Source: Cenococcum geophilum
Taxonomy: Eukaryota
Length of the DNA: 64,000 bases
NCBI GenBank assembly: GCA_050273025.1
Contig: CP158636.1
Location: 1,178,001-1,242,000 of the forward strand
Direction of reading: 5' to 3'
The translations under genes were made by a program, and so were the position numbers. The notes beneath the pieces were generated by a model. That model was not told where the DNA came from and made no database searches. It worked only from the letters and a program-made list of their open reading frames with translations. Position 1 is the first letter of the stretch. The number at the start of each line of letters is the position of its first letter. Below, piece after piece: positions 1-11,400 of the stretch.

Positions 1-2913
1 GACAATTGGGTACCCGTTGTACGCAAGTAGGGTTACCCTTAGTTGCTCCTCTAATAACCAGAAAGGAGCGTTACTTAAAGTCACTTAACTAAGTTAGAGC
101 TACGTTAACTACACCGTTGTTTTGGCTACCTATCCGTTTACTAACTACTTAGGGTTCTTTAACAAGCAGGTTATAAAGTTAAGGTTAAGGCAATTAAGCA
201 TCTTATAAAGTACTACTATTACTACTAAATGAACTAGAAGTCCCCTGGCTAATTTAAGTTCACCCTTAAAGATAACTACGACTTTAACTTCTATATTATT
301 ATTAATGTTATATATCTTAACGGCAAGCCAGTCCTCTAAGCTATTAACTTATTAACCTCCTTCTAAGCCGCACATTTCTTAAGAGATATATTAGCTAGAA
401 ACGCATAGAATACCCTTTAGTTATACTAGATTGATGTTTACCTAGGACCCCCTAATTAAATTATTTATAATATAGGAAAGAACTTCTTATCTACGGAGTT
501 TTAATAACAGGTAAAAGCAATGGCAATTAAGGTTAAGGAAGTCCCTGTTAAGGCATATAACAGTATTAGAAAAGTAGAGCGATACTACACGCTATTACGC
601 CGAGCATATAAGATTATTTCTTTAGAACTAGAGGACGCTAGCGAAAAAATCATCTTATAAATGGCTGTTAAGGCCATCAACGATTCCGCTAGCCCAGATA
701 GGCTTATACCCACGTTGCTAGTCTTTAGCGCCTACCCTTAAATAACTAACAATTCTCTACTATCTCTCTCTATTATATAACGAGCTAAGGCTATCCACAA
801 AGTAATAAAAGAGGTATGATGTCTCTACGCCACGCGCTAGGTTAACAACGCACTAGGAATAAGAAATGGCCTAAACACCTTAACTATGCTTAATTTACCA
901 CTCTAATCTAAAGTATGGGTATGGCGTAAGAAGGGAGGATAGTTAGGCCCATATAAACTTATTATAAGTAATAGTTAAACTTGCACTCTTTAGATGCCCT
1001 ATAGACCTACTTAATTCTACTTAACTATTGTTAAGCCCTATTACAGGAATAACAGTTCTAAGCCTTTATAGGATACCCCAGAGGATACCCTAGAGGATAC
1101 CCTAGAGGATACCCTAGAGGAGAATCACAATTAACGTGCTCTAGAAGGAGACCATAATTCTAATATAATTGTAGCAGATATGCCGCAACTATAACGTAGT
1201 AGAGGTCGCCTAAAAGGATTACGAAATTGCTAACACCTTATTAATTTTAAAGAGTAATTCGTTACCGCTATTAAAAGTAGAGACGAGTTATTAATGGCCT
1301 TTATAACAGCTAAAGAGAAGGCTAACTTTAAGCTCGCAAAACAGCTCTAAAAGGAAGGCCGTATTATAACTTTAGGAGCTCCTTTCCAAGCATCTAATAA
1401 GCAGGAAATCGACAGTCTCATTATAAGAGGAGTCTTTAAATTTGAGAAGCATGACCCTACCAAGTTCAATGGAATTCGCATCTTTAAGTCAAGAATAGTT
1501 AACGAGATTAAGGGTAAGGCTACTGACGCCCTATTTAAGAAATTAAGGCTTATTATCTAAGGCTATAACAATAACGGCAAGGAGACAATCCTTATATAAT
1601 CCCCTATAATTTAACGAGCTAGTTAGCAAGTCATTATTATACTAGCTTCCTCCTTAATAAAGAACAGAATAGCAGTTTATTTATAAGATATTACTTAGAC
1701 CTATACCTAATTAGAGATACGCCTTTAGCGCTTAATACTAGCATATCTTCCGGAGTAAATTCGCCACTAATATCCCAAAGATATGATTATGGTTGTGCTT
1801 AAGCCACTATATAGAATTACAGAGGTAGGAACTTATTAGTGGGCTACCTATAGCAAGCACCACAAAGAGAAGCTTTTAATAACTACCTCTACATTTAATC
1901 CCTACTTCCTTATTATAACCACGGGAACTCCATTCGGAATCGTTGGCATATAAACTAATAATACAATTATCTTAGGAGACAATCAATTCTTAGCTCTTAA
2001 GGAAGATAAGCTAGTAAAGGTAAATCTTATAGTAAAGCTAAAGAAAAGACTTAATATAATAACGCTATTGCTCTTTAATAGATATATCCTTTCCCTAAAC
2101 GAGGACTCCATTACTTTACGCTAGAAGGGTTAAGGTAAGAAGATTAATATTATTAACGTCAATTCCCTAAAGTAAGGATACGTAGAGCAACGCGCCCGCG
2201 GAGCTTATATTGCTTCTATCTGTTAGCCTAAGGCTTCCTTTAATCTCTCTATTGCCGCTTAATACCAGGAACTAACTAAAAAGGATGTCCTTGCCCTAAA
2301 TAAGCGCCTTTCCTAGCAAATAACACATCTTAATTAGGGACTACTCTATATATCTATTAATCTTCCTACTACTAAGCTCTTTGTATTTATTAATAGATCG
2401 TTCGTAAATAATAAAGATTTTAGCTCCCAGTTAGGATATAAGATTATTATTACAAACAAATTTACTAGAGAGAATAACTTCACAATCTATAGCAATCTTA
2501 TCTATTAGAGCTTAACTAAAAGTAAGCGCGTTACCTAAAGTGTTTTGGCGTTAGAGATATATAAAATAGTTAGCGGAGTTAATATAGCAATTGCAATTAG
2601 AACTACCCTAAAGATAATTATAGATTAACTCGAACTTTCTATTATCCCTATAATCATATACACCGATTTATTTTCCCTCTATAAGTATTTAGTTAAGCTT
2701 AGTACTATAAAGGAGAAGCGCCTTATAATTAATATTATAGCACTTTAGCAATCTTATAAGCGTTAAGAACTCTTTAAGATTTAATGAATTAATGGCCAAG
2801 ATAACCTAGTAGATATAATAACGAAGGCGAACCTAAATAAGGCACTAGAGACGTTTGTTAATATAAATACTCTACGTATATAAGTTAAAGGTTGGGTTAA
2901 AAGGGAGTCCTTA
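1..2913 (+). pseudogene. pol: Copia pol (GAG-pre-integrase, integrase, RT, RNase H) with many RIP stops
   Basis: Frame +1 reads DNWVPVVRK*GYP*LL..HLTKLELR*LHRCFGY..KSPG*FKFTLKD..IDVYLGPP..SIRKVERY..FKSRIVNEIKGK..SKRVT*SVLALEIY..KEKRLIINIIAL. These are typical fungal Copia motifs altered by transitions. Confidence 0.92.
1069..1120 (+). repeat. 12-bp tandem repeat (GAGGATACCCTA x~4) in the Copia integrase-RT linker
   Basis: Directly visible; in-frame EDT(P/L) repeat. Confidence 0.85.
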
Positions 2914-3265
2914 GAAATTTCTTAGTCACGTAAGGTCTTAAGATATCCAGGAACTTCGACCAGCGGTTAAAGTTATCTAATTAGTCAGATTCTGCAGACC
3001 CTAACTTAAACTAGCTAATTAGGATTTTCTATCCCCAGGATGAAAAATCGCTATTGGCTCGTTTACCGCTAGCGCCTTGGCGGCCCTACTAACAAGATAC
3101 CTACCCATAACTTATAAGTAAGAAAGCACCACGTGCTAAGAGGCAAATTTTAGGATAGCGAGACTTATATTATAATAGTAATAGTAAGTAAGGAGGATTA
3201 ATTTTTGTTCCGCTAGTTAAGCGGTATATATATATAGATGGCAACTATAAAAGAAGAGTTGCCAG

Positions 3266-3477
3266 TGTTAGGAATAAAGGTAAATGGTTACTATATGAGG
3301 CATATTGCCGTTATATATGGTAAGTTACCGTTACGTACGGTAAGTTGCTATCACGTGCCGCCGCGGCACTAGCGTGGTGAGGAACCTTAAGTTCCTCACC
3401 CCTTTCTTCAAAAAGAATAAGAATTATCATACTATCTACGAACCGTAGCTACGTGATATCCCCTTGTGAGTCCAATA
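3266..3477 (+). repeat. Copia 3' LTR
   Basis: TGTTAGGAAT...TCCAATA is a RIPed version of TGTCGGGAAT...TCCAACA at 46279-46452. It follows the PPT and shares the core CCGCGGCACTAGCGTGG plus a hairpin with that solo LTR. Confidence 0.85.
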
Positions 3478-3914
3478 TACTCTTTATTAAGCTAATTAAG
3501 TGCGATCTAGTTTAGCAATTAGTCTTTAATCTTGCTAATAATCCAGCGTATACGCTCTTTAGTATTATCTTATATTATTAGCATCTTGAAAAAGTTATCT
3601 ACTTTACGAACCCAATTGTCTAACTACTAGGCGTTAGGTCTATAGCGGAGTTCTAAACTATTAAAGGCCTTAGCTAGTTAGTCTATATCCTTTTTTTATT
3701 TATAGTATAGGTAGCCCTTTAAGTCTTCTATACTCCCTTAAATAGGTATTAAGTAGCTTCTAAAGAGCCCTTAGCCTTAACTAGGTTATAAAAGAATTTA
3801 CCTAGCTTAGATTAAACCCTACTAGATATAGATTTGCCCTTAAAGGGTTCTAATATATTTATTAATAGCTTCCTCCCGTATAGCTTCTAAGGGCTTTATA
3901 ATAGCTTCCTAATA
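3478..3914 (-). pseudogene. gag: Gypsy family C gag fragment (continues from 18704-19288)
   Basis: Minus strand reads ..LDNWVRKVDNFFKMLII*DNTKERIRWIISKI.., which is gag-like. The A1 TSD TAATA joins it to 18704. Confidence 0.6.
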
Positions 3915-4340
3915 TATAACGGAACCTTGTAGCAGGAACTACGATAGGCTTGTTAATGGGCTAGGTGTGTAGGAAATGCAAGTATAAAAGTTAACAACGT
4001 AATAATAACTGGTGGAGTGGTTGCCCAACAGATTAACTCTAATTGTATTCTGAGAATTACTATAAGGAAGAAACTATCTAGGTAGGGACTAAGGGTCCTT
4101 AAATATATAACCGTACTTCTATAAAATCCTCCTTATATATAATATACGTATACTCTACCTACTCTATTATAGATTATGTAGATTATATAGATTATATAGA
4201 TTATATTATATAACCTTAGCTACTATTCCTTGTTATATAGTTCTATTAGCTCTATCCTAGACCGTGCCTATATTAACTAACTAGCTTCTTTTAACTCTTC
4301 TTTAAGTAGTCGTAATATTGTACTTAAAGCGTCTATAACA
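3915..4340 (-). repeat. A1 3' LTR (426 bp)
   Basis: TATAACGGAACC...GCGTCTATAACA; matches 18206-18703. Confidence 0.95.
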
Positions 4341-4409
4341 CTATCTCCCTTCTCTTTATCTTCGTCTTTAAAGATTCCTAATATCTCTAAGTTGTTTACT
4401 AGAGGTATA

Positions 4410-5154
4410 ATATTCGTCTAATTAATTTAGTTAATATCTTTACTTATTATACCTAAAGTAATTTCTTTGTCTTTAACTGCTCATTGTGCTCGCACTATTG
4501 CTGCAATATTATCTCTTAGTGAGATTATACCGTCTCTATATTCTCGTTATTTAAAAGAGGGGTTAGTTTATATTACGTTAGCGAGTCCATTTTTGCGATA
4601 ATTGTTCTTTTGCTTAGAGTGCACTAAAGTAAATATTTATTCGTCCTATAACGTTTACTTCGTCTCTAATACTAAATATACGCAACCTATTACTCTTAAT
4701 AGTTATTTAGTTCCCTAATTAATTTATCTTAAGGTTTTATATTTAATCTACTACTACGCGGCTAGATAATAAACTGTCTATTACTCTAGCGGAGTTACGC
4801 CGTTTCCGTAATGCTAAATAAGAGGCTACTAATGCTTAACAACGGGCTCTTAAATCTCATCTTGCGGTATCCGCTTGGTTAATCCGTTTTAAGAAGGTTT
4901 ATAAAAAGGTTTATTTTAAGGAGTAGAAACTTATAAAATAAGGTTTATAGGAACTTGGTAATAAAATAACGGATTCTCTTTTAATAGAGAAGGAAATAGA
5001 TCCAAGTAGTTTAGTAACTGCTCTTTTTAGGTCCCCCTTAGGTAACTTTTTTTTTAGTAATCCTTTTTTATTAATGCTACCTAACCTAATTTCTTCTAAT
5101 ACTCCTATACCTTTCTTATAGCATTCTTTAAATTCTTTAATGGTTCCTAGGTAG
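4410..5154 (+). pseudogene. A1 antisense accessory ORF (six-Cys cluster, coiled coil, acidic/Ser tail), RIP-inactivated, probable short intron
   Basis: Homologous in all five A copies. Here Cys4 (TGC 4611-4613) and Cys5 (TGC 4620-4622) are intact. Start, stop and intron are inferred. Confidence 0.65.
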
Positions 5155-6648
5155 TCTTAGTATAGCCTATTTACTTAACCTTGTACTATATTTTATTATT
5201 AATGTCCTTATAACTAATAATCTTTAAAACTTACTATTTATCTTCTTCCTGTCCTCTATACGTGTCTACTTTATAAACTAGTAGCTTAATATTCCTATAT
5301 GCTGGCTCTAGCATTGCGATATGCTATATAGGGTAGATCTTTATCTTAGCTAGTAGGTTTAATTTAAATATAACTAGTAAAATCCTTTATGTAATTTTAA
5401 AAGGTCCTAGTCTAATATAGTCTAACTTCTTACTTAGTTGTCAACTCTTAAAATTTTTATATAGTAGCTATACTTTATCTCCCTCCTTAAGATCTAGTCC
5501 CTTAGATCTCCTAGTATTATAGTACCTTTTTATTCTCTTTTATACTTTCTTAGCTAATTCTATAAGGTCTATATAAAGATTTATTAACGTCTTTATCCTT
5601 TCTTTAGCTATACTACTTGTTTTCTTTACTTATTATAGTAACAACGATGTTCTTAGCTTATATCCGTAATTTACCTTAAATAGTAAAGTGCCTATCCCTT
5701 CTTAAGGTGTTATATTATATGCAAATTATATAACTGGTAATAGCAATACCTAATTATTCTATATATGATTAATATAATGCCTTAGATACTATTCTAGCGT
5801 CTAATTTAATCTTTCTGTTTAACCATCTGTCTGTGGATAATATATGGTGGAAGTTGCTACTCTAACTCTTTGCTCCGCTAAGAATACCTTCTAAAATACT
5901 GCTACGAATCTTAGATTTTTATCCAATATAATCTTATTTAGTACTCTATATCTTGCGAACACTTCTTTAATATAGATTTTAGCAATATTCTCCGCTAAGA
6001 TTTCTTCTGTATATGCTATAAAGTATCCCCACTTTATAAGCTTGTCTACTATTACTAAAATCGCGTTATAATCTTGTCTGGTAATAGGATTTCTTAACTT
6101 TAGTAACTTAATAATAAAGTCCTATAATATAACCCCCTATAGTCTCTCTAGTATTTTAATAGATTATAGCCCTCTATATAGCTTATGCCTTATTAGTTTA
6201 TTTCTCTAGTAATCTAGATATTCCTTTATAACTTTTTGTACTAAGCCCTAGATTCTATTAATAATATACTCCTCCTAAAGTCTTAACACTAAGCCTATAG
6301 CCCTATTGTGTCCTTAAGTTAATCCCTTATGGAATTCTTCTATAAATTGCTCGGCTATGCTTCTTAGGATATACTTTACTTTTTAATTTTCGTATATATC
6401 CGTCTATAGATCTTCTAGCTGTGCTTCTAGAATTCTTTATACCTAAAAGCTTTTTAGTGTCTTATAGACTTTCCCTAGTCCTTTATCGTTTTCTTGTGTT
6501 ACTATAATCTTTAGATAATTGTATCTAATTAACCTATCCATATCTTTTCGCAGTAAAGCCCCTGATGGCTTTTTATTATTTTATAGTTTAGCTTTTCGAC
6601 TTAGAGCATCTGCCTGCGTATTATCTGTACCCTTGGTATACTAACTTA

Positions 6649-7052
6649 GGGAATGTTCGGTTGCAACTCCAGAATCAATCTGGAGGCTCCAGAATCAATC
6701 TGGAGGCTCCAGAATCAATCTGATCTGGAGGTCAAATCTGAATCTGACGCGATCGTTCGGTTGCATCCCTCAGAATCAGAACCCAGCCACAAAAGTTTTG
6801 ATGTTCCTCTCACCGCCAAAAAAACACGCTAAAACTTGGCGCACTTTACCGTATATAGAATCTGAACTGAGGTCTTGGCGTCAGTTTAAATCTGGAGCTT
6901 CGAGCTCCAGATTTAAATATGAAGGCTTCAGATTGCACACGTCCGTGCAACCCGTAGAGCCACAGACGCGTGTTAAATTGGGAAGGAACGCGTTCTTTCT
7001 GCCGGACTTTCAGTTCAGATTCAATCTGACGCTTTTGCAACCAAACGTTGCC
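6649..7052. mobile_element. PIF/Harbinger (Tourist-like) MITE, 404 bp, not RIPed
   Basis: 18-bp imperfect TIRs GGGAATGTTCGGTTGCAA (6649-6666) and TTGCAACCAAACGTTGCC (7035-7052), flanked by TTA and TAA. Absent at the homologous site in A2-A5 (..GTATACTAAATCTT..). Contains 20-bp tandem hairpin units and a perfect 15-bp palindrome. Confidence 0.8.
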
Positions 7053-7911
7053 TAAATCTTAAAATAGTATTCTATAAGCATCTCTGCCCATCTAATCTGT
7101 CTTTAGTTAAGTTCCTTTATTATTAGGAATCCTATTAGGTTCTTATAATCCGTCTTAACTATAAATAGTTTCTCTATACCTTGTAAGAATGCTCTCTATT
7201 CCTTAAGTACTATAATTATACTTAATAACTCCTTGTTATAGATGTTATAGTTTAACTCTGGTGGTATTATCTTTTAATTATAATATGCTACTAGGTGCCA
7301 TCTATCTTAATATCTCTGTATAAAGCACGCCCCTAGAGTATAATCTAATGCATTTATCTCTATAACTATCTCTAGTCCTAGTTAATAGATTTTAAGAACT
7401 AGCTCCTAGGTAAATAATCTCTACTGTTCCTTTTCCTATGCCTATAGTTCTTCTTTCTTTGTTAATTACGTAAATGGTTTAATATCCTTTAACTATTACG
7501 CTATAAACCTTCTGCAGTAATTGCAAAACCCTAAAAACAACCTTAACTATATTACATTCTCTAGTTCTTGCCAATTTACTATAGCCTTAATCTTTTTTGG
7601 ATCTATGCTAAGTTAGCCTAGTTTAATAATAAATCCGATAAAATCAGTCTTCCCTATAAAGAACTTGTATTTCTTAATTGCTACTAGCATCTGTTCCTCT
7701 TATAGTCTCTTTAAGACCTATTTAATGTGTTCCCTATATTCTTCCTTAGTTATTAAGTAGATAATAATATTATTAAGGTATGCTATAACAAATTCATCTA
7801 AGTGTTCTCCTAATATATTATTAATACGCTTTTAGAACGTTGCTAGTGCGTTTATAAGCCTAAATTGTATAACTAATGGTTTGTATAGTCCTTCCTTTAA
7901 TCTAAAGGCTG

Positions 7912-8104
7912 TGTTACGGGACGGGGGCAGTGGCTACAAAGTGTATGTATTTAAGGAGTCTACAAGATATTACGCAATCGATCGTAAGGGTCGAGGGCGT
8001 AAGGAGGTAATATACCTACGTGTAGCTGACATAAGCTGTACGTAAGGTATACGCGAGAGCACGGGGCTCTCCTATAGAGGCCCCTGCGGTAGGGTTCTGT
8101 AACA
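7912..8104 (-). repeat. Gypsy B 3' LTR
   Basis: Direct repeat of 14061-14253. Confidence 0.95.
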
Positions 8105-8439
8105 CTACCCCCTCTCTTATAAAGGCGGAGCTCCGGCGACGCTATAGTTACTATATATATGTAAAAGAGACACTTAAGGTATAGAAAAGAAGAAAAGGGG
8201 GGTATCGCTAAAGGCTTAAAACAACATTATGTAATAGGGCTTGGCATCTAAGAATCCGACTAATTAGATAACTTTAACCGCCGGTTAAAGTTCCTAGACA
8301 TCTTAACAATATTCCGGTCACGTAATCGCACTTTACTATAATCTAACGGCAATCTAACGGCAATTTGCCCTTACGTGGTAATATATAATAGTTTAACTCT
8401 ATAAGGGCTCCTATAGAGGATTAGGTATAAAGTTTCTAC

Positions 8440-11400
8440 TTAGGCCCAGTTTCTATAGGTTCGCGTAGTAAAAGTTGCTAATTAGATCCTTTACATTTTT
8501 AAAGTCTTCCTATAGTTGCTATTCTGGCTAATTTATGTCGAATCCTATATATATAGCTCTGTAGTAGAGCTATCGTCCTCTACCTTTACCAAAGTATTTA
8601 GAGTTAATAATTCGTTTAATGGTCCACTCCTTATAGTTCTTATCTTCGTTCTTATCTCGGATTAGTACTAGTAGGGGTTTAGGCTATATCTGCCCTAGTA
8701 AGGGGTTAGGCTAATAGAGGTGTAGTAGCCATAGGTGAAATACAGGCTATATCCCGCGGGTGGCTAGGGTAGGCGGGAGTTCTAGCTTATATACGGCTCC
8801 CCTATTAATAACTCGTTTAATTAAATAGGGGCTAAGGTTCTTATAATTAAGTGACTTTATAGGCCTCTATATAGAGATATTGCGTACATCTAGCTATACC
8901 CAGTCGCCAACACGTATCTCCGGTAGTGGCGTTCTATAACAGTCGGCAAAGTAGGCCTACTTTACTTAAGCCTAGGCCATTTCTCCCTTGCAGTAGTCAA
9001 GTAGATTTTTTATATAGTCTGCATACTAGTTAGCAAGTAGCATCTTAAGGCGTTTTCTATATAGCAGTTTCTTATTAATAGGTTCTAGTGGCTCTATGCC
9101 AGATTAGGGGTAATAACCCTTATTCGCGAAGAATGGGGTAAGTCCTATAGTGGTTAAGACGTAGTTATTCGCTATAAATTTACCTAGTAGAAGGTAATCT
9201 ACCCAGTTATCTTAACTATAGGCGACTACCTATCGTAGGTACGCTTTTATACTGGCGTTAGCGTTTTCTGGTTACCCAGCAGTTTTATAATAAAAGGATA
9301 TAGATATCTTAACGGAGATGCCAAGGCATTAGCAGATTTATCTCTATATATCAGAGTTAAATTATATACCTTAGTCGGACGTAATCAAGTTAGGTAACCC
9401 ATATAGTCGGTAGACTTCGTAAAGGAAGGCGTTAGTAACGTCGCTAATGGCTACGCCTTTAGTTAGGACGTAGTGGCGCTCTTTTATAAGTCGGCATATT
9501 ATTATAAGGATGTTCTTATAAGTACGGCCGTATCATTTACAGAGTAGTAGGTTAATAACGAAATCTATAGCGATATCTGCCCATCGTTATATAGGTACTA
9601 GTAGAGGGTGCAGTAGTCCTTGGTACTTTATATTGAAGGCCTTAGCGCGCTTATAACCGTAATAGGCGCCTATAAAGCGTTTAACTAAGTCTATTATTTT
9701 TAGCTAGAAGTAGTATCGGCTAAGAAGCTTATAGGTTCCTTCTTTACCTAGGTGGCCGCTTAATCGAAGGTCGTAGGCTATTTGGATTAGTTGCCGTTAT
9801 AGATTTTCTAAGTTAGGGATAAATAGGTGGCCTCTATAATAGAGCCTGTTCTCTTTTACTTCTAAGGCTGCTATATTAATTTGGCCTAAGCTTTAGAGGT
9901 TAGTAGGCAGCGTATAGGCGCTAGCGGTCTTTACGGCAATAAGTTAATGTAGTAATAGGTCAGCAGAGGCGTTATATGCCGTAGTAATAAGCTTATTAAT
10001 TTCGGGAGGTAACTCTAGTTCTATAGTATGAAGCTAGGGTATAGTTAGCTCTATTATAGGTAGTATACCTAGGGCCAAATTTCGTGCTTTTAGAATCGTT
10101 TATTATTGGAACTAATTATAAGGGTTATCTTTAGACTAAGGAAGGTCTTGCGAGCGGCGTATTAGGCTATTAGGTTTAGTACCTTATACTTCTAGTCTAT
10201 ATATAATTTTAAAGTTAAAACTAAAGAGGAACTCGTTCTAACGTGCTTGGCGTTAATTTAGCTACTTTATAGTTATAAAGTACTTAAGGTTATAATGGTC
10301 CGTAAGGACTTCAGTTAGCTAATTAGGCTCTACTAAGGAGAGTTCTAGTTAAAATTCTTTAAATACTTATACGATTGTAAGGAGTTCTTTATTATAGATC
10401 TCGTAGTTATACTTTTATAGTGTAAGCTTAGACGAGTAGAATGCGACTAGGTAAAGGAGACCGTTATCGCCTATCTAGGAGAGGACGCCTACATTAACAT
10501 AGTCTAAGGAGTTAGTTTTAAGGTAGAGTTGTTATCTTAATATAAAGTGAGCTAGGACAGGTGCTTTAGTAAAGGCATTTTTAAGATCTTAAAACGCCTT
10601 CTCGTATTTAGGCGTCCAGGTAAAGCGTAGGTACGTTTTTCTTCCTTTTATAGAAAGGCCCTTTATTCGCATTATTGCTATAAGTAGTGCTACTACGCCT
10701 AAGAAGTTATATATAAATTTTTAATAGAAGTTAGCAAAACTAAGGAAGGCTTATACGTCCTTAATATAGTTAGGGGCTTGCTATTTAGTAATTATATATA
10801 CCTTCTTAGGGTCCATACGGACACCTTTAGTAGTAATAATTAGTTTAAGGTATTTTACTTCTATAACTAAGAATTTGCATTTCTTTAAATTAATATAAAG
10901 TCCTACGTCCCTAAGGCGCTATAGGACCTTTTAAACGTATTCGGTATACTTAGAGGGGTTATTACTATAAATAAGTATATCGTCCAGGTACGCGGAGTAG
11001 AAGTCATTAAAGTAGTCCTATAAGGCGTTATTAATATAGCTTTAGAAGGTGCCTAGGCCGTTATATACGCTAAAGGGCATAATAGTATATTTAAATTGGC
11101 CAAAGCACAATGCGAATGCGGTTTTTTATTTATTACCTTCCCGTATTTAAAGGTAGTTAAAGGCGGCAATAATGTTAAGCTTAATATAGATTTTAGCTTA
11201 ACTAAGCCGCTTAAGGGTCTCACGTATAAGCGGTACTGGGTATTAGTTTTTAATTATAATAGCGTTAAGTCCTCTATAGTTAACGCAGAATTAGATACCT
11301 CCTCCTAGCTTTTTAGCAAGAAGGATAGGGGTGGCTGCTAGTAATATACTGGGACAAATAAATCCTTTATTAAGGTGCTTGTTAATATACTTTTTTATAA

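Larger units (their letters stand above)
1..3477 (+). mobile_element. Ty1/Copia LTR retrotransposon, 3' half (5' part outside window), RIP-degraded; inserted into the gag of Gypsy C
   Basis: Domain order integrase > RT > RNase H in frame +1, then a purine tract AAAAGAAGAG (~3249-3258) and a 3' LTR. The LTR is homologous to the solo LTR at 46279. Confidence 0.93.

Noticed and set aside
1..3620. Inverted match GACAATTGGGT (1-11) and ACCCAATTGTC (~3610-3620) as TIRs
   Set aside because: Both are Asp-Asn-Trp-Val coding stretches inside two different retroelements (Copia pol and C gag), so the match is coincidental.
6798..7055. 85-aa and 64-aa ORFs
   Set aside because: They lie inside a 404-bp MITE, show no transposase motif, and are open only because the DNA is not RIPed.
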